A stretch of DNA of 64,000 bases, taken from NCBI GenBank assembly GCA_003557725.1, contig PWNQ01000113.1:5758-69757 (forward strand). The letters are read 5' to 3'. Each line of letters starts with the position of its first letter. Within the stretch, counting starts at the first letter, position 1. Positions 1-8,501 of this stretch are shown one piece after another. The stretch comes from Bacteroidales bacterium. GTDB taxonomy: Bacteria; Bacteroidota; Bacteroidia; Bacteroidales; PWNQ01. The notes beneath the pieces were generated by a model that was not told the origin of the DNA, searched no databases, and was given only the letters and a program-made list of their open reading frames with translations. The position numbers and the translations under genes were made by a program.

Positions 1-957
1 AGCCTCTTGCTAGCCTCTTGTCAAAACCTTTCAGACCAAAAAAAAACGCGGGAAAAGGCGGACAGGTTTGACACTTTGGCAACCTATATGGAGTCCCATG
101 CAAACTTTTTCCACAGTGGGGAGTTCCCGGCGGTGGTATCAGCACAGCAGGTTTACCATAACCTGGACCACAACATCCTGGCTATTGATGTTCGTAAAGC
201 AGAAGATTTCCGCCGCGGACACGTTCCCGGAGCGGTTAATGTACGCCCGGAAAAAATCCTGGATTACTTTCAGAACCGCATCACACCGGATGAGTATTCT
301 GCCATATTCCTTTTCTCCGCAGACCATCAGGAATCCATGCGGGTTAATGCGGTGTTGAGGATACTGGGATACTCCAATACTTATAATGTGCGCTGGGGAA
401 TGGCTGGCTGGAACAGCCGGCTTGCAAAGGATAACTGGGCCAAAGCCCTTTCATCCCACCTGTCAGGAAAACTCACAACCAAACCGGTCCCGAAAAATGA
501 ACCGGGAAAATATCCGGTTATCTATTCCAATTATGAGGACCCCGGGAAAATCCTTTATGAACGGGCCAAAGAATTGCTGGCCACAGATTACAAAAATTCC
601 CTGATCACTGCTGATGAAGTGGTGAACAACCCGGACAAGTACTACCTTATAAACTACTGGCCTAATGCTATATATAATATGGGACACCTGGAAAACGCCG
701 TTTGTTATGACCCGCCCTCTGCACTGCTCACAGACACTTATCTCAATACCTTGCCGGCTGACAAACCCATTGTGCTATACTGCTACTCAAATAGCTCTAC
801 CCAGGCCGCTGCAGCCTGGCTGGCACTGCTGGGATACAATGTGTATACCATAGAATACGGAGCCAACAGCTTTATGTACGACTTCCTGCAAAAACACCTC
901 GGAAGAGGCTTCTTTAATATGGATGGCATCCGGAACTTACCACTGGAAAAACATTGA
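1..957 (+). CDS. Rhodanese-domain (sulfurtransferase-like) lipoprotein, 5' end outside window
   Basis: Frame is open to base 1 (SLLLASCQN), with a LASC lipobox at the window edge. Carries the rhodanese motif AIDVRKAEDFRRGHVPGAVNV and a second module with loop CYSNSSTQ. TGA stop at 955-957. Confidence 0.75.
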   Translation, partial: SLLLASCQNLSDQKKTREKADRFDTLATYMESHANFFHSGEFPAVVSAQQVYHNLDHNILAIDVRKAEDFRRGHVPGAVNVRPEKILDYFQNRITPDEYSAIFLFSADHQESMRVNAVLRILGYSNTYNVRWGMAGWNSRLAKDNWAKALSSHLSGKLTTKPVPKNEPGKYPVIYSNYEDPGKILYERAKELLATDYKNSLITADEVVNNPDKYYLINYWPNAIYNMGHLENAVCYDPPSALLTDTYLNTLPADKPIVLYCYSNSSTQAAAAWLALLGYNVYTIEYGANSFMYDFLQKHLGRGFFNMDGIRNLPLEKH

Positions 958-1106
958 AAAACATAATATTTGTTTGTCATAATACAGAAAGGCTGTAATT
1001 AACCTTGAAGAAAGCACCGTTTAGTTTTATCTGTTTAGAATTTTATATGTTTCTTATCTTCTGCTGCTTATACTTCTTTGCTGAATCGTTTATCCATTGA
1101 ATCGTT

Positions 1107-1257
1107 GAGTCCGGTCTAAAAACACACATTTTTCACATCCGCTGAAAATCAGCTTTGCCCCATCCCTAAAGGGTGGCTGATTTTCAGCGGCTTAACCCTT
1201 TAGGGTCCGGGGCAAAAAGCCGCTGAAAATCAAAAGTAACCTTTTTAGACTGGACTC
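1107..1257. mobile_element. MITE-like palindromic element, full-length copy (151 bp)
   Basis: Terminal inverted repeats GAGTCCGGTCTAAAAA and TTTTTAGACTGGACTC. Internal inverted copies of CCGCTGAAAATCAGC and CCCTAAAGGG. Flanked by an identical ATCGTT at 1101-1106 and 1258-1263. Related copies at 13321-13377 and 14672-14741. Confidence 0.6.
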
Positions 1258-1282
1258 ATCGTTTATTGATTCCAACTTTATT

Positions 1283-1392
1283 CGCTTCATCGCTTAAGTC
1301 GCTTCATTCACCCCCCACCTCATTCCCTTAAGTCGCCTCATTCCCTCAAGTCACTTAAGTCGCTTCATCGCTTAAGTCGCTTCATTCACCCC
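1283..1392. repeat. Degenerate tandem array (unit about TTAAGTCGCTTCAT) including an exact 32-bp direct repeat
   Basis: CGCTTCATCGCTTAAGTCGCTTCATTCACCCC occurs at 1283-1314 and again at 1361-1392. Degenerate units (cccttaagtcgcctcattccc, tcaagtcacttaagtcgc) lie between them. Confidence 0.8.
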
Positions 1393-1463
1393 TCACCCAC
1401 CCCCTCGCCCTAAAAGGAAACCAGAGGGGCATGCGGTTTCCGGCATGCGCTGGCAGCTCCTTC

Positions 1464-1520
1464 CTTTACGGAAACGTAACCATCATGAAATATATATGAA
1501 ACATTGCCGGCCTACTATTG
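1464..1520 (+). promoter_or_regulatory. Candidate Pho box (11-bp phased hexamers) plus -7 promoter box upstream of the porin gene
   Basis: Hexamers CTTTAC (1464), CGTAAC (1475), TGAAAT (1486) and TGAAAC (1497) sit at an exact 11-bp period. They are followed by TACTATTG (1513-1520), which resembles the Bacteroidota TAnnTTTG -7 box. The geometry matches the pstS promoter. Confidence 0.35.
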
Positions 1521-1559
1521 CACCTGAAAACAAAACAATAATCATTAATTCAGAAAAAG

Positions 1560-2678
1560 ATGAAAAGAAAAATGAATTTCAGTCGTTTTCCGGTCGTTAT
1601 TATTATGGCTTTAATAATGTTACCCGGTTACGTTTTACAGGCACAGGATTTCAATATCCGCGGGCGTTTGCATATGGATGCTTTTTACGGCATCAGTGAT
1701 GCGGATGCATTCAGCAATGGGTTCAACAACCGTCGGGCCCGGATTGGGGTAAATGGCACGATCACAAAGAACTGGGATGGTCGCATTGAGGTGGATTTTG
1801 CGGATGGCGGGGTTTCTCCCAATGACTTCCGTTTGCGGCGGTCTTTTGACCATGGCGGCCGTCTTTGGGTTGGGCAGTACAAGGTACCCCAGGGGCTCAA
1901 TGAGCTAACCAGCTCCAACAACATCACCTTTATCGAGCGTGCTTCTCCGTCCAATGTGATCACCGACTCCCGTCGTATTGGGATGGCCTACTCCTACAGT
2001 CAGAAAAACCTGGGCTTAAAGGCCATGGTATTTGGGCGCAAGCTGGGTGGCCGTGGCGATTATCAGGGCAATATGCCCCTTGGGTTTGCTTTCAGAACCT
2101 TTTTCTCGCCTGAAGTGGGCAGTGGTCGCCTCCACCTGGGAGGATCGGTAGTGTATGAAGACCTGATGGACAGCACAGACATCTCCTACCGGGACCGTCC
2201 CGAAGCCCGCGACAGCAAAGGGGGCAGCATCCGGCTGATCAATGCTCCGGTTACCAATGTGGAAAACACTTTAAAAGCAGGCTTTGAACTCCTCTATATA
2301 AACGGACCCTTCTCCCTGGAAGGAGAATACCTGTATGGCGCCATCAACAGATACGAAGGCAGCAACCCCGCATTCCAGGGATACCATGCACAGATCAGCT
2401 ATGTGTTAACCGGAGAAAGCCGCTCATACTCCGGAGGAACACCCGGAAGCATATCCCCAGAAAAAGAATCCGGCGCCTGGGAAGTGGCCCTGAGATACAG
2501 CAATATCAACCTGAATGACGCCGGAATAAACGGGGGAGAACAAAGTAATATTACCGCAGCCGTTAACTATTATATTACATCCAAGCTGAGATTTATGGCT
2601 AATATGATCTATGTGTCCCTGGATGACTCCGGCGAAACACCAATCCTGGGACTGGCCAGAGCTCAATACAACTTCTGA
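1560..2678 (+). CDS. Phosphate-selective porin O/P family outer-membrane protein
   Basis: Signal peptide ending LQAQ and C-terminal beta-signal ending YNF. Sequence reads as alternating beta-strands. Lies directly upstream of pstSCAB-phoU. Confidence 0.75.
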   Translation: MKRKMNFSRFPVVIIMALIMLPGYVLQAQDFNIRGRLHMDAFYGISDADAFSNGFNNRRARIGVNGTITKNWDGRIEVDFADGGVSPNDFRLRRSFDHGGRLWVGQYKVPQGLNELTSSNNITFIERASPSNVITDSRRIGMAYSYSQKNLGLKAMVFGRKLGGRGDYQGNMPLGFAFRTFFSPEVGSGRLHLGGSVVYEDLMDSTDISYRDRPEARDSKGGSIRLINAPVTNVENTLKAGFELLYINGPFSLEGEYLYGAINRYEGSNPAFQGYHAQISYVLTGESRSYSGGTPGSISPEKESGAWEVALRYSNINLNDAGINGGEQSNITAAVNYYITSKLRFMANMIYVSLDDSGETPILGLARAQYNF

Positions 2679-2684
2679 TATCAG

Positions 2685-2741
2685 TGTAACCACAATGTAA
2701 CAATTCTGTGATTATCCTGTAACGTATTCCAACTATCCTTG
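2685..2741 (+). promoter_or_regulatory. Candidate Pho box (four phased direct repeats) plus -7 promoter box upstream of pstS
   Basis: TGTAAC (2685), TGTAAC (2696), TGTGAT (2707) and TGTAAC (2718) sit at an exact 11-bp period. TATCCTTG follows at 2734-2741, 16 nt after the start of the last repeat. Confidence 0.5.
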
Positions 2742-2808
2742 CACTGAAAAAGATATAAATCGCAAGCACCCCCTGGAGGATAACATAAAGAAGCAAAATT
2801 TCACAAAA

Positions 2809-4008
2809 ATGCTAACAGAAAAACACGAAAAAATGAAAAAAACAATGAAGAAATTCCATTCCATCCACCTGAAAAGACCTTCGGCTATTTTCAGTGCAAC
2901 CCGTTTACTGGTTGTGGCCGGGGCATTAATGATCCTTGCCGGTTGTGGCGGCAGTGGCACCGGCGACAGTAAAGAATCCCAAAGGGTGGACCTGCTGGGT
3001 GCAGGTGCTTCCTTCCCGGCACCGCTGGTTACGGCTATGGCTGATGAATACCGGGACCATACCGATGGGCACATCACCGTGAATTACCAATCCATCGGAT
3101 CGGGAGGAGGCATTCGGCAATTTATTGAACAAACCATTATGTTTGGCATGTCGGAAGCCTTCCTGTCGGATGACATCATGAAAGATGTGGAGAACAAAAC
3201 CGGAGGAAAGGCCTTTAACATGCCCATTACCCTGGCCGATGTGGTAGCTACCTATAATGTGCCCGGACTGGAAAAGGGAGTGGTATTTGACGCCCACCTG
3301 CTGGTAGATATTTATATGGGAAAGGTAACCCGATGGGATGACCCCAAAATCGCCGCATTAAACCCTGATAAAGTATTTCCCAATATGGCTATCACTGTGG
3401 TTCACCGCTCCGACGGATCAGGGACTACCAATATCTGGACCAGCTATTTCTCCAGAGTGTCTGACCAATGGAAAGAACAAATCGGCTATGCCACCAGCGT
3501 AAACTGGCCGGTGGGTGTAGGCGGTAACGGAAACGAAGGCGTTGCCGGTGCGGTGATGAACACACCAGGTGCCATAGGATATAATAGCTTATCCTATGCC
3601 TTCCTCAACGATATGTCTTACGGATATATTAAAAATGCCTCCGGAAATATTATCAAACCCAGCTTTGAAGCCACCACAAAAGCTGCAGATATTGACCTGC
3701 CCGAAGATACCAGGGTGCTGTTTACCAATACCCCGGCAGAATACGGATACCCCATCGCAGGGTTTGCCTGGATGATGGTGTATGAAAACCTGGAAAAAAA
3801 CAACGCCATCGAAACAAAACAGCAGGCAAGAGAACTGCTGAGATTCCTCCTATGGACCATTACCGACGGACAAGAGCTGTGCGAAGGACTGGGATACGCA
3901 CGTCTGCCACAGGCTGCCATTGACAGAAACCTGAATATGATCAGACAAATAAAGTGGGAAGGAGAACCACTGGGCGAAGAAATCCTCAAAGAGGAGAATT
4001 TGATTTAG
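2809..4008 (+). CDS. pstS: Phosphate ABC transporter substrate-binding lipoprotein PstS
   Basis: Lipobox LAGC. PstS-type motifs GAGASFPAPL and VHRSDGSGTT. Followed by pstC, pstA and pstB. The true start may be a downstream in-frame ATG. Confidence 0.9.
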   Translation: MLTEKHEKMKKTMKKFHSIHLKRPSAIFSATRLLVVAGALMILAGCGGSGTGDSKESQRVDLLGAGASFPAPLVTAMADEYRDHTDGHITVNYQSIGSGGGIRQFIEQTIMFGMSEAFLSDDIMKDVENKTGGKAFNMPITLADVVATYNVPGLEKGVVFDAHLLVDIYMGKVTRWDDPKIAALNPDKVFPNMAITVVHRSDGSGTTNIWTSYFSRVSDQWKEQIGYATSVNWPVGVGGNGNEGVAGAVMNTPGAIGYNSLSYAFLNDMSYGYIKNASGNIIKPSFEATTKAADIDLPEDTRVLFTNTPAEYGYPIAGFAWMMVYENLEKNNAIETKQQARELLRFLLWTITDGQELCEGLGYARLPQAAIDRNLNMIRQIKWEGEPLGEEILKEENLI

Positions 4009-4023
4009 TTGGTTTGCATTGGC

Positions 4024-4068
4024 TGGGAAGGGGTGCTAAATACACAGGCACCCTTCCCTTCTTTTTTT
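4024..4068 (+). terminator. Rho-independent terminator or attenuator after pstS
   Basis: Stem GGGAAGGGGTGC (4024-4035) pairs with GCACCCTTCCC (4047-4057), followed by a T-run. Confidence 0.7.
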
Positions 4069-4099
4069 CCACCCTCATTGAATAATTATTGAAAAAATT

Positions 4100-5074
4100 A
4101 TGCAAAGTGATTTGTTAAAAAGACCTTTACCGGTCATTTACCGCTGGCTGGGAGATAAAATATTTCTCACAGTGGTAGTCCTGCTGGGACTGACCATTAT
4201 CTTCCTTGCCCTGTCGATGGCCTGGGTGCTCTATAAAGAAGGCAGCCTGGCCATCCATCAGTTTGGCGTTATCGGGTTCCTTAAGGGGAGTGTTTGGGAC
4301 CCCGGTGTTCAATATGTCTTTGGTGCTTTACCCTTTATCTTTGGAACCATGGTAACCAGCATCGGGGCATTGGCCATTGCCTTCTTTCCCGCCATTGCCA
4401 TTGCCATATTTATGGCTGAGTATGCCCCTTCCTGGCTATCAAAGATCATTGAAAACCTGGTTCACCTTATTGCCGCCATTCCCAGCGTGGTGGTGGGCAT
4501 ATGGGGCATCTTTGTTTTTGCCCCCTGGATGCGTGAAACGGTTTACCTTCCGGTGGTCAACTTTGCCACAGAGCATTATCCTTCTTTGCTTCCTGTCTTA
4601 GGAAGTCCCATTGGGTATGGCATGACTACCGCCACCATTATTCTGGCCCTGATGATCATCCCTTTCACTACGGCACTCACCCGGGATGCCATTGACAAGG
4701 TGCCCCGGGAGCAGCGAGAAGCAGCATGGGCGTTGGGAGCTACCCGATGGGAAGTGATCCGAATGGCAGTAATCCCTTATGCCAGAGGAGGAATAATGGC
4801 CGGAACCATGCTGTCCTTTGGAAGAGCAATCGGTGAAACCATGGCCGTAGCCATGCTTATCGGAAACAAAAACAACTTCCCCTTTTCCATCTTTGGACCC
4901 GCTGCGACCATGCCTTCCGTTATCATCAATGAATTCCGGGAAGCCGTGGGAAACATGCACCTGTCCAGCCTGATGGCCATCGGACTGGCCCTGTTTGCCA
5001 TCTCGCTAATCGTAAACCTGGTGGCCGCATATATCAGCAGAAAACTGTCCATAACGGGCGGACAAGCCATATGA
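4100..5074 (+). CDS. pstC: Phosphate ABC transporter permease PstC
   Basis: Multi-TM permease with the EAA-type loop REAAWALGATRWEVI, in pst operon context. Confidence 0.9.
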   Translation: MQSDLLKRPLPVIYRWLGDKIFLTVVVLLGLTIIFLALSMAWVLYKEGSLAIHQFGVIGFLKGSVWDPGVQYVFGALPFIFGTMVTSIGALAIAFFPAIAIAIFMAEYAPSWLSKIIENLVHLIAAIPSVVVGIWGIFVFAPWMRETVYLPVVNFATEHYPSLLPVLGSPIGYGMTTATIILALMIIPFTTALTRDAIDKVPREQREAAWALGATRWEVIRMAVIPYARGGIMAGTMLSFGRAIGETMAVAMLIGNKNNFPFSIFGPAATMPSVIINEFREAVGNMHLSSLMAIGLALFAISLIVNLVAAYISRKLSITGGQAI

Positions 5075-5083
5075 ACAATGAAA

Positions 5084-5125
5084 CCTATTGATAATAAAAC
5101 CTATTGATAATAAAACCTTTATTGA
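5084..5125. repeat. 16-bp tandem repeat in the pstC-pstA spacer
   Basis: CCTATTGATAATAAAA occurs at 5084-5099 and 5100-5115, followed by a partial third unit CCTTTATTGA. Confidence 0.8.
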
Positions 5126-5134
5126 ACACCTGAT

Positions 5135-6007
5135 ATGATAAAACCCGTAAAATCATTAAAACAACGAAACCTGAGAGACCGGGTTATGGAAAGCCTGCTG
5201 GTTTTTAGTACCATCCTGGTTATGGCCCCCCTGCTCATCATTATCGGTTATGTGGTGGTCCAGGGAGCCTCCGCCATTAATGCGGATTTCTTTATCCATG
5301 AACTGGGCTCCCCTGCCCGCGCTATGCAAGGAAGACCTACAGGACTGGTCCACTCCATCCTGGGTACCGCAGTGGTGGACTTCCTGGCACTGATCATCGC
5401 CATCCCCGTTGGACTGGGTGCAGGCGTAATGCTCTCAGAATACCCCGACCATAAGCTAAACCCCATGCTACGAATCATTAACGATACACTCAACGGAATG
5501 CCGGCCATCCTGAAAGGACTATTGGCCTTTGCCCTGATTGTAAAACCTATGGGCACGTTCTCCGGACTGGCCGGAGGAGTAGCACTGGCCTTTGTGATGA
5601 TACCCATCATTGCACGGTCTACCGAAAGCGCACTAATGAGCATCCCATGGACCATAAGAGAAGCAGGACTGGCCATAGGCCTGCCCAGATGGAGAGTGGT
5701 GCTGTCAACCGTGATGCCGGCCGCTAAAACCGGTCTGGTAACCGGGTTCCTTATCGCATTCGCCAGAGCTGCAGGTGAAGCCGCCCCTCTGCTGTTTACC
5801 TCTTTCGGAAATAACTACCTGCCCAATCATTGGACAGGTATGATAATGGGCCCCGTAGATACTCTCCCGCAAAGACTATACAGCCTGGCAATCAGCCCAT
5901 ACAAAGAATGGCACGCCATGGGATGGGCCGCAGGAATTGTACTGCTCGCCTTCGTAATTACCCTGTTTATCACAGCAAGAATGCTGACTAAAGAAAAGAA
6001 ATATTAG
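5135..6007 (+). CDS. pstA: Phosphate ABC transporter permease PstA
   Basis: Multi-TM permease with loop REAGLAIGLPRWRVV, in pst operon context. Confidence 0.9.
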   Translation: MIKPVKSLKQRNLRDRVMESLLVFSTILVMAPLLIIIGYVVVQGASAINADFFIHELGSPARAMQGRPTGLVHSILGTAVVDFLALIIAIPVGLGAGVMLSEYPDHKLNPMLRIINDTLNGMPAILKGLLAFALIVKPMGTFSGLAGGVALAFVMIPIIARSTESALMSIPWTIREAGLAIGLPRWRVVLSTVMPAAKTGLVTGFLIAFARAAGEAAPLLFTSFGNNYLPNHWTGMIMGPVDTLPQRLYSLAISPYKEWHAMGWAAGIVLLAFVITLFITARMLTKEKKY

Positions 6008-6049
6008 ATAACCCCTCAGCATTAATAATCAATGTAAATCAGTATACCA

Positions 6050-7033
6050 ATGGAAGTAATGACAAAAATACAAAGCCATCCCACTAAGAACAACCTGTTT
6101 AATAAGGTGCGGAAAGCCTTTTCAAATGAAAATAATCCTCCAAATAGCCACGGGAATAACAACGGACCCCAAAAACCAATGGCGGATAATAATGGGCCGG
6201 GAAGGATAAAAACTGGCATGCAATCAGCGGGCAATAGAGAGAAAAATATGGAAAAAGCCGCCAAAAAAGAAGGAAAGGAGGTGCGTATGGAAACAAAAAA
6301 CCTGAATATCCGGTATGGAACCACTGTAGCCGTAGATAATGTTTCCCTTCCCATATATAACCACATGGTAACTGCGCTTATTGGCCCCTCAGGGTGTGGC
6401 AAAACCACCTTTTTGAGGGCCCTGAACCGCATGCACGACCTGACCCGCGACGCGGTTATCAGCGGAGAAGTACTGCTGGATGGTAAAAACATATATGACC
6501 CCAGGGTAAACCCGGTAACCATCCGAAGGAAAATCGGCATGGTATTTCAAAAGCCAACCCCCTTCCCCACCATGTCCATATATGACAATGTGGTGGCCGG
6601 ACTGAAACTGGTGGGCATAAAAAACAGAAAGCTCCTGGACGAAGTGTGTGAAAAAGCCCTGAAACAGGCAGCCCTGTTTGAGGAGGTGAAAGACCGACTG
6701 AAAAGCCCGGGAGGAAGCCTCTCCGGAGGACAACAGCAAAGACTGTCCATCGCCAGAGCACTGGCCATTGAGCCCGAAGTGATCCTAATGGACGAACCAA
6801 CCAGCTCCCTGGACCCTAAGTCAACAGCGAAAATCGAAGACCTTATCGTGGAACTGAGGAAAAATTACAGCATTATTATCGTTACCCATAACCTGGCGCA
6901 GGCCACCAGAGTGTCGGATTATTCCATTTTTATGTATCTTGGCCAACTGATTGAGTACGGAAAAACACATAAACTGTTTAATAACCCGAAAGATACACGA
7001 ACAGAAAACTATATCAGTGGAAAATTTGGATAA
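6050..7033 (+). CDS. pstB: Phosphate ABC transporter ATP-binding protein PstB (start uncertain)
   Basis: Walker [13 protein letters not shown] signature [13 protein letters not shown] and Walker B ILMDEPTS. The conserved core begins near [11 protein letters not shown]. Alternative starts are ATG 6248 or 6287. The first 66-79 codons are low-complexity, rich in N, G, P and K. Confidence 0.9.
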   Translation: MEVMTKIQSHPTKNNLFNKVRKAFSNENNPPNSHGNNNGPQKPMADNNGPGRIKTGMQSAGNREKNMEKAAKKEGKEVRMETKNLNIRYGTTVAVDNVSLPIYNHMVTALIGPSGCGKTTFLRALNRMHDLTRDAVISGEVLLDGKNIYDPRVNPVTIRRKIGMVFQKPTPFPTMSIYDNVVAGLKLVGIKNRKLLDEVCEKALKQAALFEEVKDRLKSPGGSLSGGQQQRLSIARALAIEPEVILMDEPTSSLDPKSTAKIEDLIVELRKNYSIIIVTHNLAQATRVSDYSIFMYLGQLIEYGKTHKLFNNPKDTRTENYISGKFG

Positions 7034-7054
7034 ACAACAACAAATATTAATACT

Positions 7055-7783
7055 ATGAGCATTAAAAAAGAACAGGCCTTTAAAGCACTGACCAGAGATT
7101 TCGAATCCTGCTCAGGCCTTATCCTTAATCAACTGAATATCCTGGAAAACACCCTCGAAAGTGAAACACCTTTCCTGATCCCGGAAGATATATACCAAAC
7201 CATTAAATCCCAGGAAAAACAAATCAATGAATATGAGGTGAAAATTAGTAAAAATGTGATCAACACCATCGTATTGTATAACCCGGTAGCCTCTGAACTG
7301 AGACAACTGATGGCCATGTACCGCCTGGCCATTATGATGGAAAGAATCGGAGATAATGCAATTAATATGGCCAGACATATTAGAAGAGTGGAAGACAGAG
7401 ACTTATTCATGGAATTCATTGACCCTGTGAATAATGTGGGAATAATTACCCGGAAAATGGTGGAAAAATCGCTGCTGGCTTTTTCCAATAACGACCTGGA
7501 TTATGCTATCTGGACCATTAAAAATGATGATATGGTGGACGACTTTTACCGCTCCTTTACCAAAAAACTGATCAACATCAAAGCCAGTAAGCTCAAAACA
7601 CCGGAAGCAATATCCACCGTTATGATATTGAGAAGCATCGTTTCCCGAATCGAACGTATCGGAGATATGGCTACCAATATTGCGGAAGCTGCCATCTTCT
7701 CTATTGAAGGAAAAGACATTAGACATAAAAATAAAGAAGCTCTGGAAATAATGGAAAAACGAGAGGAAGGAATAAACCCATGA
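7055..7783 (+). CDS. phoU: Phosphate signalling complex protein PhoU
   Basis: Two PhoU repeats with ERIGD motifs (MERIGDNAINMA and IERIGDMATNIA). Located downstream of pstB. Confidence 0.9.
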   Translation: MSIKKEQAFKALTRDFESCSGLILNQLNILENTLESETPFLIPEDIYQTIKSQEKQINEYEVKISKNVINTIVLYNPVASELRQLMAMYRLAIMMERIGDNAINMARHIRRVEDRDLFMEFIDPVNNVGIITRKMVEKSLLAFSNNDLDYAIWTIKNDDMVDDFYRSFTKKLINIKASKLKTPEAISTVMILRSIVSRIERIGDMATNIAEAAIFSIEGKDIRHKNKEALEIMEKREEGINP

Positions 7784-8469
7784 AAAAGCAAAAGATTCTG
7801 GTGGTGGATGACGAACAGGACCTGTGTGAAATTTTAACCTTTAACCTGGAAAATGAAGGTTATGACGTGGATAGCGCAAACTCGGCAGAGGAGGCTTTAA
7901 CCCTGAAATTAAAACGGTATGACCTGCTGATGCTGGATATTATGATGGGTAAAATGTCTGGCTTTCAGCTGGCAGAAAAGGTAAGGAAGGAACGAAAACT
8001 TCAAACCCCCATAATTTTTCTCACAGCCAGAGATACGGAAAACGACACATTAACCGGTTTTAGCCTGGGCGCTGATGATTATATCCCAAAACCCTTTTCT
8101 GTCAAACAGGTCATCGCCAGAGTAAAAGCAGTACTGAAACGCTCAGGAAACGAGGGAGAAAATTCAGAAGAGATAATAATCAATGACATGAATATTTACC
8201 CCCGGGAGAAAAGGGTGACCCTGAACCAGAACACACTGTTGTTTACACGAAGAGAATTTGACATCCTGCTGCTGCTTTCCCATAGCCCCAGAAAGGTTTT
8301 TTCCAGAGAAGAAATTATGGCCAACGTATGGGAAGAGGGAGTCATCGTTAGCGACCGAACCGTAGATGTGAACATTACCCGGATCAGAAAAAAACTGGGC
8401 CCATACGGAAAAGGATTGATAAACCGGTCAGGGTATGGATATTGCTTTGACCCGGACCTCCTGAAATAA
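7780..8469 (+). CDS. OmpR/PhoB-family response regulator
   Basis: Receiver domain (KILVVDDE, LLMLDIMMGKMSG, KPF) plus a winged-helix output domain (TRREFDILLLL...DRTVDVNITRIRKKL). The start overlaps the phoU stop (ATGA). Confidence 0.9.
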   Translation: MKKQKILVVDDEQDLCEILTFNLENEGYDVDSANSAEEALTLKLKRYDLLMLDIMMGKMSGFQLAEKVRKERKLQTPIIFLTARDTENDTLTGFSLGADDYIPKPFSVKQVIARVKAVLKRSGNEGENSEEIIINDMNIYPREKRVTLNQNTLLFTRREFDILLLLSHSPRKVFSREEIMANVWEEGVIVSDRTVDVNITRIRKKLGPYGKGLINRSGYGYCFDPDLLK

Positions 8470-8501
8470 AACACTTTGATCATTAATAATCTTAAAACTA
8501 C

